From: a virus
Reading direction: 5' to 3' (one strand)
Virus record (IMG/VR): IMGVR_UViG_3300043420_001819
Coordinates: 1 to 64,000 of that record
DNA length: 64,000 nt
Shown here: positions 1-9,213 of the stretch, in pieces
Position numbering within the stretch: the first letter of the stretch is position 1
Layout: each line of letters begins with the position of its first letter
Made by a program: the position numbers and the translations under genes
Notes under the pieces: generated by a model
What the model was told of the DNA's origin: nothing
The model's database searches: none
What the model saw: only the letters and a program-made list of their open reading frames with translations

Positions 1-1
1 A

Positions 2-673
2 GAAAAAGGTTTTGTAATACATCAGGATAGTAAAAGAGTTGTTATTGCTACCATGTCAAGTAGTAATATTAAGACGGGAAATATAGTTAGTACTTGGATT
101 TTACAAAAAGAACTAGAGCCACATATTTCTGTTAAAGAAGGCAAAGATACAATAACTTGTGGCTCTTGTCCACTAGCATCAGGCAATGGGTGTTATGTTA
201 CTACTCATCAAGCACCTTTGGGTGTTTATAGAGCATGGAAAAGAGGAAATTACAGTTCAGATTATGCTAAATTTCTTAAAAGTTTGGAGGGTCGTAAAGT
301 AAGATTAGGTGCTTACGGAGACCCCTCATATATTCCATTGGGGATTTTAGATGATATTTCAAAAAACTGTGAAGATACAGTTGGTTATACTCATCAATGG
401 TCTAATAGAAATTTTGATGGTAGATACTTAAAGTATTTAATGGCATCAGTAGATAATGAAAACCAATTACAATATCTTCATGCTAAATTTGGGAAGGTAT
501 CATACTTTAGGATTGTAGATAGTAGTGCTGACTTAAAAGAGGGAGAAAGAGTTTGTGATAGTGAGGCATCAGGTGTAGAATGTGTTGATTGTATGAAATG
601 TAACCCAATTAAGAATTTTTCAGTGGTTATTACAAAGCACGGTATTAGAAAAAATAAGGTTGTAACTAAATAG
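2..673 (+). CDS. Cys-rich conserved phage protein (putative Fe-S / radical-SAM-like, gp88-like), 5'-truncated
   Basis: Frame is open from the window start. Motifs CGSCP..CY, RLGAYGDP, GYTHQW and C-terminal CxxCxxC. Confidence 0.5.
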   Translation, partial: EKGFVIHQDSKRVVIATMSSSNIKTGNIVSTWILQKELEPHISVKEGKDTITCGSCPLASGNGCYVTTHQAPLGVYRAWKRGNYSSDYAKFLKSLEGRKVRLGAYGDPSYIPLGILDDISKNCEDTVGYTHQWSNRNFDGRYLKYLMASVDNENQLQYLHAKFGKVSYFRIVDSSADLKEGERVCDSEASGVECVDCMKCNPIKNFSVVITKHGIRKNKVVTK

Positions 674-689
674 TTACACCCGTGTAACT
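672..689. repeat. Palindromic element copy 1 (AGTTACAC-CC-GTGTAACT)
   Basis: Perfect 8-bp inverted arms; the same arms occur at 1267 and 3537. Confidence 0.85.
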
Positions 690-717
690 TTTTAAAAAAT
701 AAGAAAGGAAATATAAA

Positions 718-951
718 ATGGCACACCATACGGAGATTATTGAGTTTTACGCAATGCTTAAAACTTATCAAGAACGGGAAGGAGATTTAGATGATGTTAT
801 TAATACAATTAGGAAGTATATATCAGCGAAACCTCCACAGTATAAAGCAGTTCTAAAGTATATAAACGCACCAAAAAATCTTGAGTCTGCTGAAGAACTT
901 TTTGAGTTCTTAACAGGTATGTACTATGAGGATTTTGAAGCTAGTATGTAG
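718..951 (+). CDS. hypothetical early protein
   Basis: ORF with AAAGGA RBS. Confidence 0.7.
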   Translation: MAHHTEIIEFYAMLKTYQEREGDLDDVINTIRKYISAKPPQYKAVLKYINAPKNLESAEELFEFLTGMYYEDFEASM

Positions 952-960
952 GAGGACATA

Positions 961-1203
961 ATGTTTTGGGATACAGATACTAAAAAATTAGAAAAATATT
1001 TATCATGGTATTGGAGAAAATTTCAATACCGTAGGGATTATGGAAATGTAAAATATCATTATGATGGTGCTTACGTTTATAATGGAGAGTTAGCTTTTAG
1101 AGTTAGTAATATTGGAAAAGTTGAACTTTACGCAATGGGTAGAGTATTCCCTGCTAAAATTTTGGAAGAGCTTAAAAAACACATAAAATGGTGGAGGTGT
1201 TGA
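961..1203 (+). CDS. hypothetical early protein
   Basis: ORF with AGGAGG RBS. Confidence 0.7.
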   Translation: MFWDTDTKKLEKYLSWYWRKFQYRRDYGNVKYHYDGAYVYNGELAFRVSNIGKVELYAMGRVFPAKILEELKKHIKWWRC

Positions 1204-1232
1204 TTGACATATTTATAATAATATGTTATAAT
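1204..1232 (+). promoter_or_regulatory. consensus sigma70 promoter
   Basis: TTGACA (1204-1209), 17-nt spacer, TG-n-TATAAT (1227-1232). Confidence 0.9.
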
Positions 1233-1266
1233 ACGGTGTTTGTATGAGTTATAATACAAACTAAAA

Positions 1267-1282
1267 AGTTACACGTGTAACT
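1267..1282. repeat. Palindromic element copy 2 (AGTTACACGTGTAACT)
   Basis: Perfect 16-bp palindrome between the promoter and the RBS. Confidence 0.85.
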
Positions 1283-1301
1283 AATTTTGAAAGGAAAAAT
1301 T

Positions 1302-1568
1302 ATGTTGGCAAAAAGAGATGTTAAATCAATTATTAACGGTTCAAAAGGACATTTTTTAACAGTTGTTTTCAACAAAAAAGATGGAACTAAAAGAGTTTTA
1401 AATGGTAGAGTTGGTGTTCATTCATATTTGAGGGGTGGTGTAAGTAACCTTGATTCAAATAAGTTTATGATAGTTTGGGACGCACATAAAAAAGATTATC
1501 GTGCTGTTAATATGGAAGAAGTTATTGAAATTAGAAGCAATGGCACAATTTTTAGAGGAGAAAGATAA
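1302..1568 (+). CDS. SH3/Sm-like beta-barrel phage protein (WYL_2-like)
   Basis: FLTVVFNKKDGTKRVLNGR..VWD..KKDYR pattern; ATG 1302 follows AAAGGA. Confidence 0.6.
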   Translation: MLAKRDVKSIINGSKGHFLTVVFNKKDGTKRVLNGRVGVHSYLRGGVSNLDSNKFMIVWDAHKKDYRAVNMEEVIEIRSNGTIFRGER

Positions 1569-1918
1569 TGAAATTTAATCACGAAGCAGATAGTATTTTT
1601 GAAGCAATCGGACAAACAGAAGAAGATGTGTTTAACGCAGTAGCAGACTTAGTACCACAAATTAGTTTACTAGGATTAGAAAAATTTGAAGAGTTAAAAG
1701 GTAAAATTAGTCAAGAGGAAAAACTTTCAATAGTAGCATTTGCGATTAGGTCTGTTCCTCCATACATTATACTTCCAATTATTCTAAAAAAAGACAAAAT
1801 GTCTGAAGTTATTGAGAAAGTGTATAATGAGATTGAGGATAATACCCTTCAGGATTTATGTGCGGGTATTGTCATAGATTTTTTAAGTAAGGAAAAGCAA
1901 ACTGATGCCCAAGAATAG
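1568..1918 (+). CDS. hypothetical protein
   Basis: ORF coupled to the upstream stop codon; GAGGAG RBS. Confidence 0.7.
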   Translation: MKFNHEADSIFEAIGQTEEDVFNAVADLVPQISLLGLEKFEELKGKISQEEKLSIVAFAIRSVPPYIILPIILKKDKMSEVIEKVYNEIEDNTLQDLCAGIVIDFLSKEKQTDAQE

Positions 1919-1946
1919 GGGTGTCCTAAGACCTATCAGTGTTTAC
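1918..1946 (+). repeat. 29-bp direct repeat copy 1 (GGGGTGTCCTAAGACCTATCAGTGTTTAC)
   Basis: Identical to 25388-25416. Here it also forms the hairpin CCTATCAG/CTGATAGG (1932-1957). Confidence 0.9.
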
Positions 1947-1991
1947 TCTCTGATAGGAGATTTTAAAAATTAATTTAATAAGGGGTTTAAT

Positions 1992-4073
1992 ATGATAATT
2001 GATAATAGTGTAGTCTTAGCTGAGACTAATAGTAAGAATAAAGTTGCTTGTACGATAGAAGCTAATTCAGTAATGTTTGATTTGTTATCAAGCAGACTAT
2101 ACTCTAACAAACCACTAGCAGTAGTTAGAGAAATTTCCACAAATGCGTATGACTCTCATGTTGTAGCAGGAAAAGCAAGTATGCCTTTTAAAGTACACTT
2201 ACCTACAAGGCTAGAGCCTTACTTTTCAGTAAGAGATTTTGGAACAGGCATGACCCATGAAACTGTTATGAAACTTTACTCAACTTTGGGAAGTTCAGAC
2301 AAAAGAGAGTCTAACCTTTTAAATGGTGCTTTAGGGGTAGGTTCTAAATCTCCTTTTGCTTATACACAAGGGGGTGCTTTTACTCTTACGTCTATTGTAA
2401 ATGGTTATAAGCATATATATTCTGTTTATTCAGATGGTGGAGTACCAAGTATCGCTGAGCTAGGAGAATTTGCTACAACGGAAGAAAATGGTGTTGAAGT
2501 ATCTGTACCTGTACAACTTCAGGACATTAGAGCTTTTGAAGACAGTGCTGTAAAAACTTATGCTTGGTTTGATACTAAACCTGACTGTAATATTGTACTA
2601 AACTATTTCAATAATACTGTTCTATTTGAGGGAAAAGATAAATCTTGGCAGATGCTTTCAAATCAGGAGAAACCTTGTGTAGTAATGGCAAATGTTGCGT
2701 ACCCACTTGAACAGTTTGAGTCTTATGGTGGTAATGTTTTAAAAACAAATGGTATCGTAATTTATGTTAAGACAGGAGATGTTCAAATGGCAGGTTCAAG
2801 AGAGTCTTTATCTTATACTCCTGACACTATTAAGTTTTTAAAAGAAAAGGAACAAGAGATTTTATCAGAGTTAATGGATATTACTAATACCTTTACAAAA
2901 AATAATAGTAAGGCTAAAGATTTATGTGATGTTTTTAATACTCTTCCAAAAGATGTACTTTTTATACTAAAAAATAGTATTGACATCAAAAAAGTTTCAG
3001 AATATTTGGACTTTGATTACAGAACTTTATGTATCTCATCACCAATAACTAGTAGCTATTCTTTTGAGTTTTGGGCTACTCAACCTTATGGAAGAAATCT
3101 GCTTAAAAAAAGTAGACATAATCCTTCAGAGGCGAAGTATACTTATATTTTTGCTGATATACAAAATAAAGCTACTCAAGTTCTTAAAAAATTAAAAGAA
3201 CAAGGTGTTTCAAAAAATGTAATAGTAGTGTTTCAAAAGGGTGTTGGTAATTTAACAAAAAAAGAAATTATACATAATTTTGAACGTTTTTCTGAAGGCA
3301 CAGGCATTGTGGGAACTTACGCAAGTGATGAGTACTTAAAATTATTTGGCACAAAAGTAGTTAATGGTAGTAAAACTAGCTCAAAAAGTACTTCTAATGG
3401 TGTATTTTTTGCTTCGTATTTAAAATATAAGAAAGATGACCGTAACTTTTTTTCATCTAATTATGAAATAAAAGAAAATGATTTCTCAGGAAATAGAGTT
3501 ATGATACCTGCTTTAGGTGGGTATATTACTGATAAAAGTTACACACGTGTAACTAATTCACAAGCACAAAATCTTGCTTATGAAATATCAAATATTCTAT
3601 ACTCTATTGGCTATAGTAAAGAGGTTGAGTTCGTTATAGTTCCTAAAACATACAGTAAATTTATGAGTTCAGGAATCTATATTGGTGACTTTATTAAAAA
3701 TTTGAAGGGGGTATGTAAATATAAAGATACTGATGCTGTTGATAATGAACTTAGGAGGTTTCCTTACAGAAGAGTTTTACAAGATGTAGAAGGATTGCCT
3801 TCTGATATTATAAAATTTTCACAGTACTTAAAAAGTTTTGATGATTTAGTTGATAAACATGTTTTTAATATTGCTGATAGGATTAAAGAACATTTTGAGT
3901 TTAATAACTTAAAATTTTTAAAAGTATCTTATGATAAAAAATATGATAAAATATTTGAAGCTTATTCTCCATTACTTGATGTAACAAATAATTGGGCTAA
4001 GCCAAATAGGTTTAAAATGATAGTGAATGGGCTTCATTGCCTCAACAAAAAAAGAAATAAACAAGGAGTTTAA
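1992..4073 (+). CDS. rIIA: rIIA-like protein (GHKL ATPase N-terminus)
   Basis: LYSN..AVVREISTNAYDSH, RDFGTGM and GALGVGSKSPFAY motifs; followed by rIIB. Confidence 0.9.
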   Translation: MIIDNSVVLAETNSKNKVACTIEANSVMFDLLSSRLYSNKPLAVVREISTNAYDSHVVAGKASMPFKVHLPTRLEPYFSVRDFGTGMTHETVMKLYSTLGSSDKRESNLLNGALGVGSKSPFAYTQGGAFTLTSIVNGYKHIYSVYSDGGVPSIAELGEFATTEENGVEVSVPVQLQDIRAFEDSAVKTYAWFDTKPDCNIVLNYFNNTVLFEGKDKSWQMLSNQEKPCVVMANVAYPLEQFESYGGNVLKTNGIVIYVKTGDVQMAGSRESLSYTPDTIKFLKEKEQEILSELMDITNTFTKNNSKAKDLCDVFNTLPKDVLFILKNSIDIKKVSEYLDFDYRTLCISSPITSSYSFEFWATQPYGRNLLKKSRHNPSEAKYTYIFADIQNKATQVLKKLKEQGVSKNVIVVFQKGVGNLTKKEIIHNFERFSEGTGIVGTYASDEYLKLFGTKVVNGSKTSSKSTSNGVFFASYLKYKKDDRNFFSSNYEIKENDFSGNRVMIPALGGYITDKSYTRVTNSQAQNLAYEISNILYSIGYSKEVEFVIVPKTYSKFMSSGIYIGDFIKNLKGVCKYKDTDAVDNELRRFPYRRVLQDVEGLPSDIIKFSQYLKSFDDLVDKHVFNIADRIKEHFEFNNLKFLKVSYDKKYDKIFEAYSPLLDVTNNWAKPNRFKMIVNGLHCLNKKRNKQGV
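3537..3554. repeat. Palindromic element copy 3 (AGTTACAC-AC-GTGTAACT) inside rIIA
   Basis: Same arms and the same flanks (AAA..AATT) as copy 2. Confidence 0.8.
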
Positions 4074-4074
4074 A

Positions 4075-5037
4075 ATGATGTTACCTTATACAATTACAGA
4101 ACACTCAATTACAGTGTTATTACAAAATATACCAGCAGTTGTGGATAAATCACACCCTAATTTCAAGGAAATCCTTGAAGCAGTTAAAGAAGGAAATGAG
4201 GAAAAAGCTTATGAACTAATCAATATAGCAAAAACTATTGAGAGTAAGTCTTTTGGAGAAGTAGAAGTTAGGGGTGGAGTTGTTTATTATAAAGACCAAA
4301 TTCTTGAAAATTATGCTGTTGATAAACTATTAGAGTTTATTGCTGAAGATTATACTGTTACACCTATAATTAACTTTATTAAGAATCTTATGGATAACCC
4401 TAGTTATAGAGCTGTTAAAGAACTCTACAAATTCTTAGAAGTTGGTGGTATTCCTCTTACTGATGATGGGTGCTTTGTTGTTTATAAAAAAGTAAAATCA
4501 AATTATTTTGATATTTATTCAGGAACTTATAATAATAGTGTTGGCTCTATTGTGGAGATGCCAAGAAATCAGGTAAACGAAGACTCATCACAAACTTGTT
4601 CAGCAGGACTTCATGTATGTTCTTTTAGTTACTTAGGACATTTTGGAAGTTCAGAGGGAAATAAAGTTGTTGCTTGTAAAGTTAATCCTGCTGATGTTGT
4701 TTCAATTCCTAATGATTACAACAACACAAAAATGCGTGTTTGTAAGTATGAAGTTGTCGCAGACGTTACTGATTCTTATAATAAGTCTTTAGATGTTTTA
4801 TCAACAAATGCTATTTATTCTTTTGAATTTGATGATGAAGAAAATGTTGATGAAGTAGTTAGTACTCATTTTAGGTCTGTGGTACAGATGGACGCAAAAA
4901 CTGATGCTGTAATAGCTATTTATGCTTCAATTGCTGAAGCTGAAGAAATTACGGGTATTTTTGCTACAAATATTTCAAAAGTTTGTAGGGGGTATCGTTA
5001 TACAGCGGGGGGTTATTCTTGGAGATATTACGAATAA
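4075..5037 (+). CDS. rIIB: rIIB-like protein with C-terminal NUMOD1-like domain
   Basis: NPSYRAVKELYKFL, CSAGLHVC and VNPADVVSIP.DY..KMRVCKYEVV motifs; ATG 4075 follows AAGGAG. Confidence 0.9.
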   Translation: MMLPYTITEHSITVLLQNIPAVVDKSHPNFKEILEAVKEGNEEKAYELINIAKTIESKSFGEVEVRGGVVYYKDQILENYAVDKLLEFIAEDYTVTPIINFIKNLMDNPSYRAVKELYKFLEVGGIPLTDDGCFVVYKKVKSNYFDIYSGTYNNSVGSIVEMPRNQVNEDSSQTCSAGLHVCSFSYLGHFGSSEGNKVVACKVNPADVVSIPNDYNNTKMRVCKYEVVADVTDSYNKSLDVLSTNAIYSFEFDDEENVDEVVSTHFRSVVQMDAKTDAVIAIYASIAEAEEITGIFATNISKVCRGYRYTAGGYSWRYYE

Positions 5038-5047
5038 GGAGAATATT

Positions 5048-5227
5048 ATGCTTACAACTAGTTCGTGGATAATGGTAGTTATCCTTACCTCATTTACAAC
5101 AAACGAAGAGACGGTGATAGTCAAGGAGTTCTCTACTAAGGTAGAGTGTGAACTAAAAGCAGCTATGTATATACGTTATAACACAGATAGCTATACAGAG
5201 TATAGCTGTCAAAGGAGAGGAGAATGA
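5048..5227 (+). CDS. small hypothetical protein
   Basis: ATG 5048 after AAGGAG; lies within the 4922..5227 ORF. Confidence 0.6.
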   Translation: MLTTSSWIMVVILTSFTTNEETVIVKEFSTKVECELKAAMYIRYNTDSYTEYSCQRRGE

Positions 5228-5254
5228 TTGTGATTATAGAAAAGGATAAACAAG

Positions 5255-5401
5255 ATGAGCAGTGATGATATTTTGGAATACCTATACGAGATTAGGACTT
5301 ATGTGCTTGAAAAAGTAAACAACGATGAGCCTGATGAGAATAGCTTAACTGATGAGCAGGTATTAGATATGCTTGATGAGTTATTAGATGATATGGAGTA
5401 A
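5255..5401 (+). CDS. small, highly acidic protein (48 aa; not in ORF track)
   Basis: AAAGGA RBS; MSSDDILEY...LLDDME fills the gap between neighbouring genes. Confidence 0.65.
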   Translation: MSSDDILEYLYEIRTYVLEKVNNDEPDENSLTDEQVLDMLDELLDDME

Positions 5402-5404
5402 ATT

Positions 5405-5716
5405 ATGACAACAAGAGAAATGATTGAAGTTATGGAAGCTTACGAGAATGGTGCTGAGATTGAATGTAAATATAAATACATAAAGAATTATAATTGGGAA
5501 ATTGTAGAACACCCTGCTTGGAATTGGACAGAAGCTATATACAGAGTAAAACAAGAACCAAAAACTAAAATACTTAAAAAATGGATGAGTAGAAGTGATA
5601 AAAATAGCTATTGGTGGATAGCAGATTTTATAATGACAGAAGATGAGGCTAAAATATATTTTGAAAGTAGCTATGAGTACAAACCAACTGGTAGAGAGTG
5701 GGAGGTAGAAGTATGA
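5405..5716 (+). CDS. conserved phage hypothetical protein
   Basis: MIEVMEAY..GAEIE..PAWNW..YRVK pattern. Confidence 0.7.
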   Translation: MTTREMIEVMEAYENGAEIECKYKYIKNYNWEIVEHPAWNWTEAIYRVKQEPKTKILKKWMSRSDKNSYWWIADFIMTEDEAKIYFESSYEYKPTGREWEVEV

Positions 5717-5883
5717 CATTCATCAATGATGAAGAAAAAATGACCGACTTCCTAAAGATGAATATGGAAGATTTTTTACGGTCTTATTCATACCTTACGA
5801 TACAAGATTATATGGACACACTAAAAGATGTAGCCACAGAAATACTAGGGAACGATAGGGGGATAGACGAAGATGACAGTTGA
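5713..5883 (+). CDS. small acidic hypothetical protein
   Basis: ATGA overlap with the upstream gene; GGAGG RBS. Confidence 0.6.
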   Translation: MTFINDEEKMTDFLKMNMEDFLRSYSYLTIQDYMDTLKDVATEILGNDRGIDEDDS

Positions 5884-6523
5884 ATTATTACATAGTACAC
5901 CATTATGGGTAGCTTCTACGGCTATCCGTAAGTGTTGGGCTAGTGAGGACAAGTCAGATACTGACGAAGATATGAAATGTAATCTATCATTTGCTAATGA
6001 AATTGGAGAAAAAGACAAAGCACTAATCGAACGAGTAGGCAACAAGAACAAACATAAGTCTACACTTGAGCATCTTGTGTACACCTTTAACATCGATGGT
6101 ATATCTAGAGCTTGTTTACAAGAACTCGCAAGGCATAGAATGGCAAGTTATAGTGTTAAATCTACTAGGTACACACTTAAAGAGCTAAAGAACATAGAAC
6201 CAACTCAAGAAAACCTAGCAGATTTTGTGGTTATGACCAAAGTAGGGGAAGTTAATAAGGTTATCCTACAAGAGGTAAGAGCATTACATCTTGCTTTACA
6301 GTCTAATGCGTCAAATGACCAAATTAAGTATATGCTACCTGAAGCCTACAAAACTTCACTAGTTATGACTGTGAATGCTAGAAGCCTACAAAACTTCCTA
6401 GAGCTTAGGACTAACAAGTCAGCACTGTGGGAGATACAAGACTTAGCAAGAGCTATGTATGAGGTATTGCCTAAGGAACATAAGTATTTATTTAAGGAGT
6501 ATGTGGGTGAAGGAGAAAAGTGA
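5873..6523 (+). CDS. thyX: FAD-dependent thymidylate synthase
   Basis: H.STLEH, GISRACLQELARHR and RHRMASYSVKSTRY signature. Confidence 0.95.
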   Translation: MTVELLHSTPLWVASTAIRKCWASEDKSDTDEDMKCNLSFANEIGEKDKALIERVGNKNKHKSTLEHLVYTFNIDGISRACLQELARHRMASYSVKSTRYTLKELKNIEPTQENLADFVVMTKVGEVNKVILQEVRALHLALQSNASNDQIKYMLPEAYKTSLVMTVNARSLQNFLELRTNKSALWEIQDLARAMYEVLPKEHKYLFKEYVGEGEK

Positions 6524-6681
6524 TGAAAACAACACAAGATACAATCAATGAACTAAAAGCTAAAGTTGCTGAACTAGAACAACAGCTAAAAGAAGAACAA
6601 GTAGAATACCCTATTTGTTGTAGAAGTAAACAGTATGGGGAAGTAATATTATTTGATGGATTAAAAAGGAAAGAAAAATGA
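6523..6681 (+). CDS. small coiled-coil protein (52 aa; not in ORF track)
   Basis: TGATG coupling to thyX and ATGA coupling to the next gene; AAGGAG RBS. Confidence 0.6.
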   Translation: MKTTQDTINELKAKVAELEQQLKEEQVEYPICCRSKQYGEVILFDGLKRKEK

Positions 6682-6983
6682 AAGTAATTATCGAAAAAAA
6701 GGAATTTGTAAAAGAATTTGAGTATTACAAAGACACTGTTGGTGTAAAAGAAGATGAAATACTAGATGTACGTTTTTGGAATGAAGGTATAGAACTAGAT
6801 GTGGATGAAATTGAAATAGTCATTGGTAGAGCTAAGAAAGAAGAGCCTTCTAAAAAAGGAAACACTATATCTATTGAGGATTATGAAATGTTAGCAGGAG
6901 AGAATAAGTGCTTTGCGGAGTTTCTTAAAAAGCAAGGTTATTCTGATGTTATGATAAATGATATTGCTAATGGTAGCTTATAA
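6678..6983 (+). CDS. hypothetical protein
   Basis: ORF with AAGGA RBS. Confidence 0.7.
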   Translation: MKVIIEKKEFVKEFEYYKDTVGVKEDEILDVRFWNEGIELDVDEIEIVIGRAKKEEPSKKGNTISIEDYEMLAGENKCFAEFLKKQGYSDVMINDIANGSL

Positions 6984-7001
6984 AAAATAAAAGGAGATAA
7001 A

Positions 7002-7415
7002 ATGAAAGAATTTGGAATTGGAGCTATTATACTAAGTGTTGGGGTTGCTGTAATAATGGGGTTGATTGCATTGGTGCAACCATTAAAAGTATATTTAGCT
7101 GAAACATACGCAAAAACTATTGTAGTAGAAAAAGATGCGATGGGTAAAGCACAACTATTACAAGCTCTTAATGAGCGTAAAGTTGCTATTGAAACAGCTA
7201 AAGCAAAAAATGAATCTGCGCAATATGAAGCACAAGCAGAAATTACAAGGGCAAAAGGTGTTGCTGAAGCAAATAGAATTATCGGTGATTCACTTAAAAG
7301 TAATGAAGCATATCTTAGGTATTTATGGATAGATAAATTAAATGAAAATAATCAAAATGTAATATATGTACCAACAGAAGCTGGACTTCCTATACTTGAA
7401 GCTGGAAAAAGATGA
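7002..7415 (+). CDS. membrane-anchored SPFH/prohibitin-like coiled-coil protein
   Basis: N-terminal TM segment; AKGVAEANRIIGDSL..YLRYLWI..VIYVPTE.GLPILEA. Confidence 0.7.
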   Translation: MKEFGIGAIILSVGVAVIMGLIALVQPLKVYLAETYAKTIVVEKDAMGKAQLLQALNERKVAIETAKAKNESAQYEAQAEITRAKGVAEANRIIGDSLKSNEAYLRYLWIDKLNENNQNVIYVPTEAGLPILEAGKR

Positions 7416-7469
7416 AAAAAAGTAATGACTTTGGAAGAATGAATATATAATATTTAAAAAGGATAAATA

Positions 7470-7796
7470 ATGAAATTAGTAAATTTGACATCACATACAC
7501 TTAATGTAATGTCAGTAGGTATTGATATACCACATGAGGATAGACCAGCAAAGGTATCTTCAGTTAGAAGAACAATTGCTGTTGTAGACGGTATACCAAT
7601 TTATGAAACAGTATACACAGGAATTGCGGGGTTACCTGAACCTGAAACAGGTACATTTTATGTAGTATCAGCAGTAGTTTTAAATTATGTTAGAGAATTT
7701 TTGCCACATCGTAAAGATATTATAGCTCCAAGTGGTGCTATTAAAAATGCTAATAACAATACTATTGGCTGTACTGCGTTTAGGATAAACGGGTAA
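7470..7796 (+). CDS. conserved phage hypothetical protein
   Basis: NLT.H..GLPEP..YVVS..V pattern. Confidence 0.7.
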   Translation: MKLVNLTSHTLNVMSVGIDIPHEDRPAKVSSVRRTIAVVDGIPIYETVYTGIAGLPEPETGTFYVVSAVVLNYVREFLPHRKDIIAPSGAIKNANNNTIGCTAFRING

Positions 7797-7883
7797 AATA
7801 AGAGGTTTTTTATAAAAGTAAGGTAAGTATACCTATTTAAAAAGTTTTTTGATTTTTATGGTATACAGCATAGTTCTAATAAG

Positions 7884-8333
7884 GTGTTTAAAGTCATGGA
7901 AGATGAATGGGTAACAGTAAAAGTTTTAGAGGAACAATATAGTATCTCTCAAACAAGAATTTATGGTGCTGTTTCGCACTACAAAAAAGAAAATAATAAG
8001 TACCCAGTTTGGTACATAAAAGTTAATGGGCAAAGTTTAATTAATTATGGATATTTTAGGTATTTTCATGATTTAAAGCTAGATTGTTATAGACATTCAA
8101 CTGCACCTGATGTTGGTATTTATTGGAAGTTACAAGAAAAATTATCTGACTCTCAATTAGCAAAAAGGTTAAGTAAATATTCTGGAAGCTCTGAAAAAAG
8201 TTGGATTCAATTTTTAAGTTCAGGTTTATGGGTAATACCATCTGAAGAGATTTCTGTAATAGTAGAAGTTAAAGCAACAATGCTAGAAAAATTTTTATAC
8301 TATGGGGTTAAAATTTTAAATGATATAAGGTAA
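7884..8333 (+). CDS. hypothetical protein, possibly DNA-binding
   Basis: ORF with HTH-like segments; start uncertain (7884 or 7896). Confidence 0.55.
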   Translation: MFKVMEDEWVTVKVLEEQYSISQTRIYGAVSHYKKENNKYPVWYIKVNGQSLINYGYFRYFHDLKLDCYRHSTAPDVGIYWKLQEKLSDSQLAKRLSKYSGSSEKSWIQFLSSGLWVIPSEEISVIVEVKATMLEKFLYYGVKILNDIR

Positions 8334-8339
8334 ATATTA

Positions 8340-8807
8340 ATGTTTTACACAATTTATAAAATTACAAATACTATTAATAATAAAATTTATATAGGTGCTC
8401 ATAAAACTTCTAACTTACAAGACAGTTATATGGGTTCAGGAAAACAAATTAAAGCGGCAATTAAAAAGTATGGGATTAGTAACTTTAAAAAAGAATACAT
8501 AGTAATACTTAATAATATGGAAGATATGTTTAATCATGAGGCACTATTAGTTAATGATTATTTTGTGGCAAGAGATGACACTTATAATATAATGGAGGGT
8601 GGTAAAATAACACCTGATAGGAAAGGAGCTAAACATAGTATTGAAACAATTAAAAAGCTAAAGGAAAATTCGGCAGGTTCTAATAATACTCAGTATGGGA
8701 CTGTGTGGGTTATTCACCCAATTACTAAAATTTGTAAGAAAATTCATAAGTCTGAGTTAGATGATTACTTAAACTTAGGTTGGGAAAAAGGAAGAAAACT
8801 GCTATAA
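8340..8807 (+). CDS. free-standing GIY-YIG homing endonuclease (Seg-like) with NUMOD3-like tail
   Basis: IYKITN.INNKIYIG.H, YMGSG, YNI and HS.ETIKKL motifs. Confidence 0.85.
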   Translation: MFYTIYKITNTINNKIYIGAHKTSNLQDSYMGSGKQIKAAIKKYGISNFKKEYIVILNNMEDMFNHEALLVNDYFVARDDTYNIMEGGKITPDRKGAKHSIETIKKLKENSAGSNNTQYGTVWVIHPITKICKKIHKSELDDYLNLGWEKGRKLL

Positions 8808-8808
8808 T
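8800..8808 (+). promoter_or_regulatory. extended -10 promoter (TGcTATAAT)
   Basis: Overlaps the endonuclease stop codon, 36 nt before the next start. Confidence 0.5.
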
Positions 8809-8844
8809 ATAGGTGGTAGTAACCACAAAATAAAAAGGATTAAA

Positions 8845-9213
8845 ATGGAATTTAAAAAATTTATTGATGAGAAGTATAAGACAGAGACCTATATGCAAGG
8901 GAATAATTCACTCCTAGTAGATGGGTTGATTACAGTAATTTATGGTGAAGAAAAGAAAACTGTTGAAAAAACTGTTGATAGTTTACTAGCAGTAGCAACT
9001 ACTAACTGGGCTAATAGAGAAATTCTTAGAAAAACTCCTGCTAACTACGCAGAAACTGGAGACCCAGTTACTGATAGAATTTTAAAAGCTCAAGTTACTT
9101 TTGCTAAAAATGTTGTTAGAAAACCAGAGATAGAAGTTTATGAGAGAGGAGAATATAGTAACCTTTATTATATTGTGTTTAATGACTTTTTTTCGGATGC
9201 TTGTACAGTATGA
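8845..9213 (+). CDS. hypothetical protein
   Basis: ORF with AAGGA RBS. Confidence 0.7.
   Translation: MEFKKFIDEKYKTETYMQGNNSLLVDGLITVIYGEEKKTVEKTVDSLLAVATTNWANREILRKTPANYAETGDPVTDRILKAQVTFAKNVVRKPEIEVYERGEYSNLYYIVFNDFFSDACTV

Noticed and set aside
8340-8807. Group I intron around the GIY-YIG gene
   Set aside because: The flanking ORFs are complete with their own starts and stops, and the gaps are too short for a ribozyme core.
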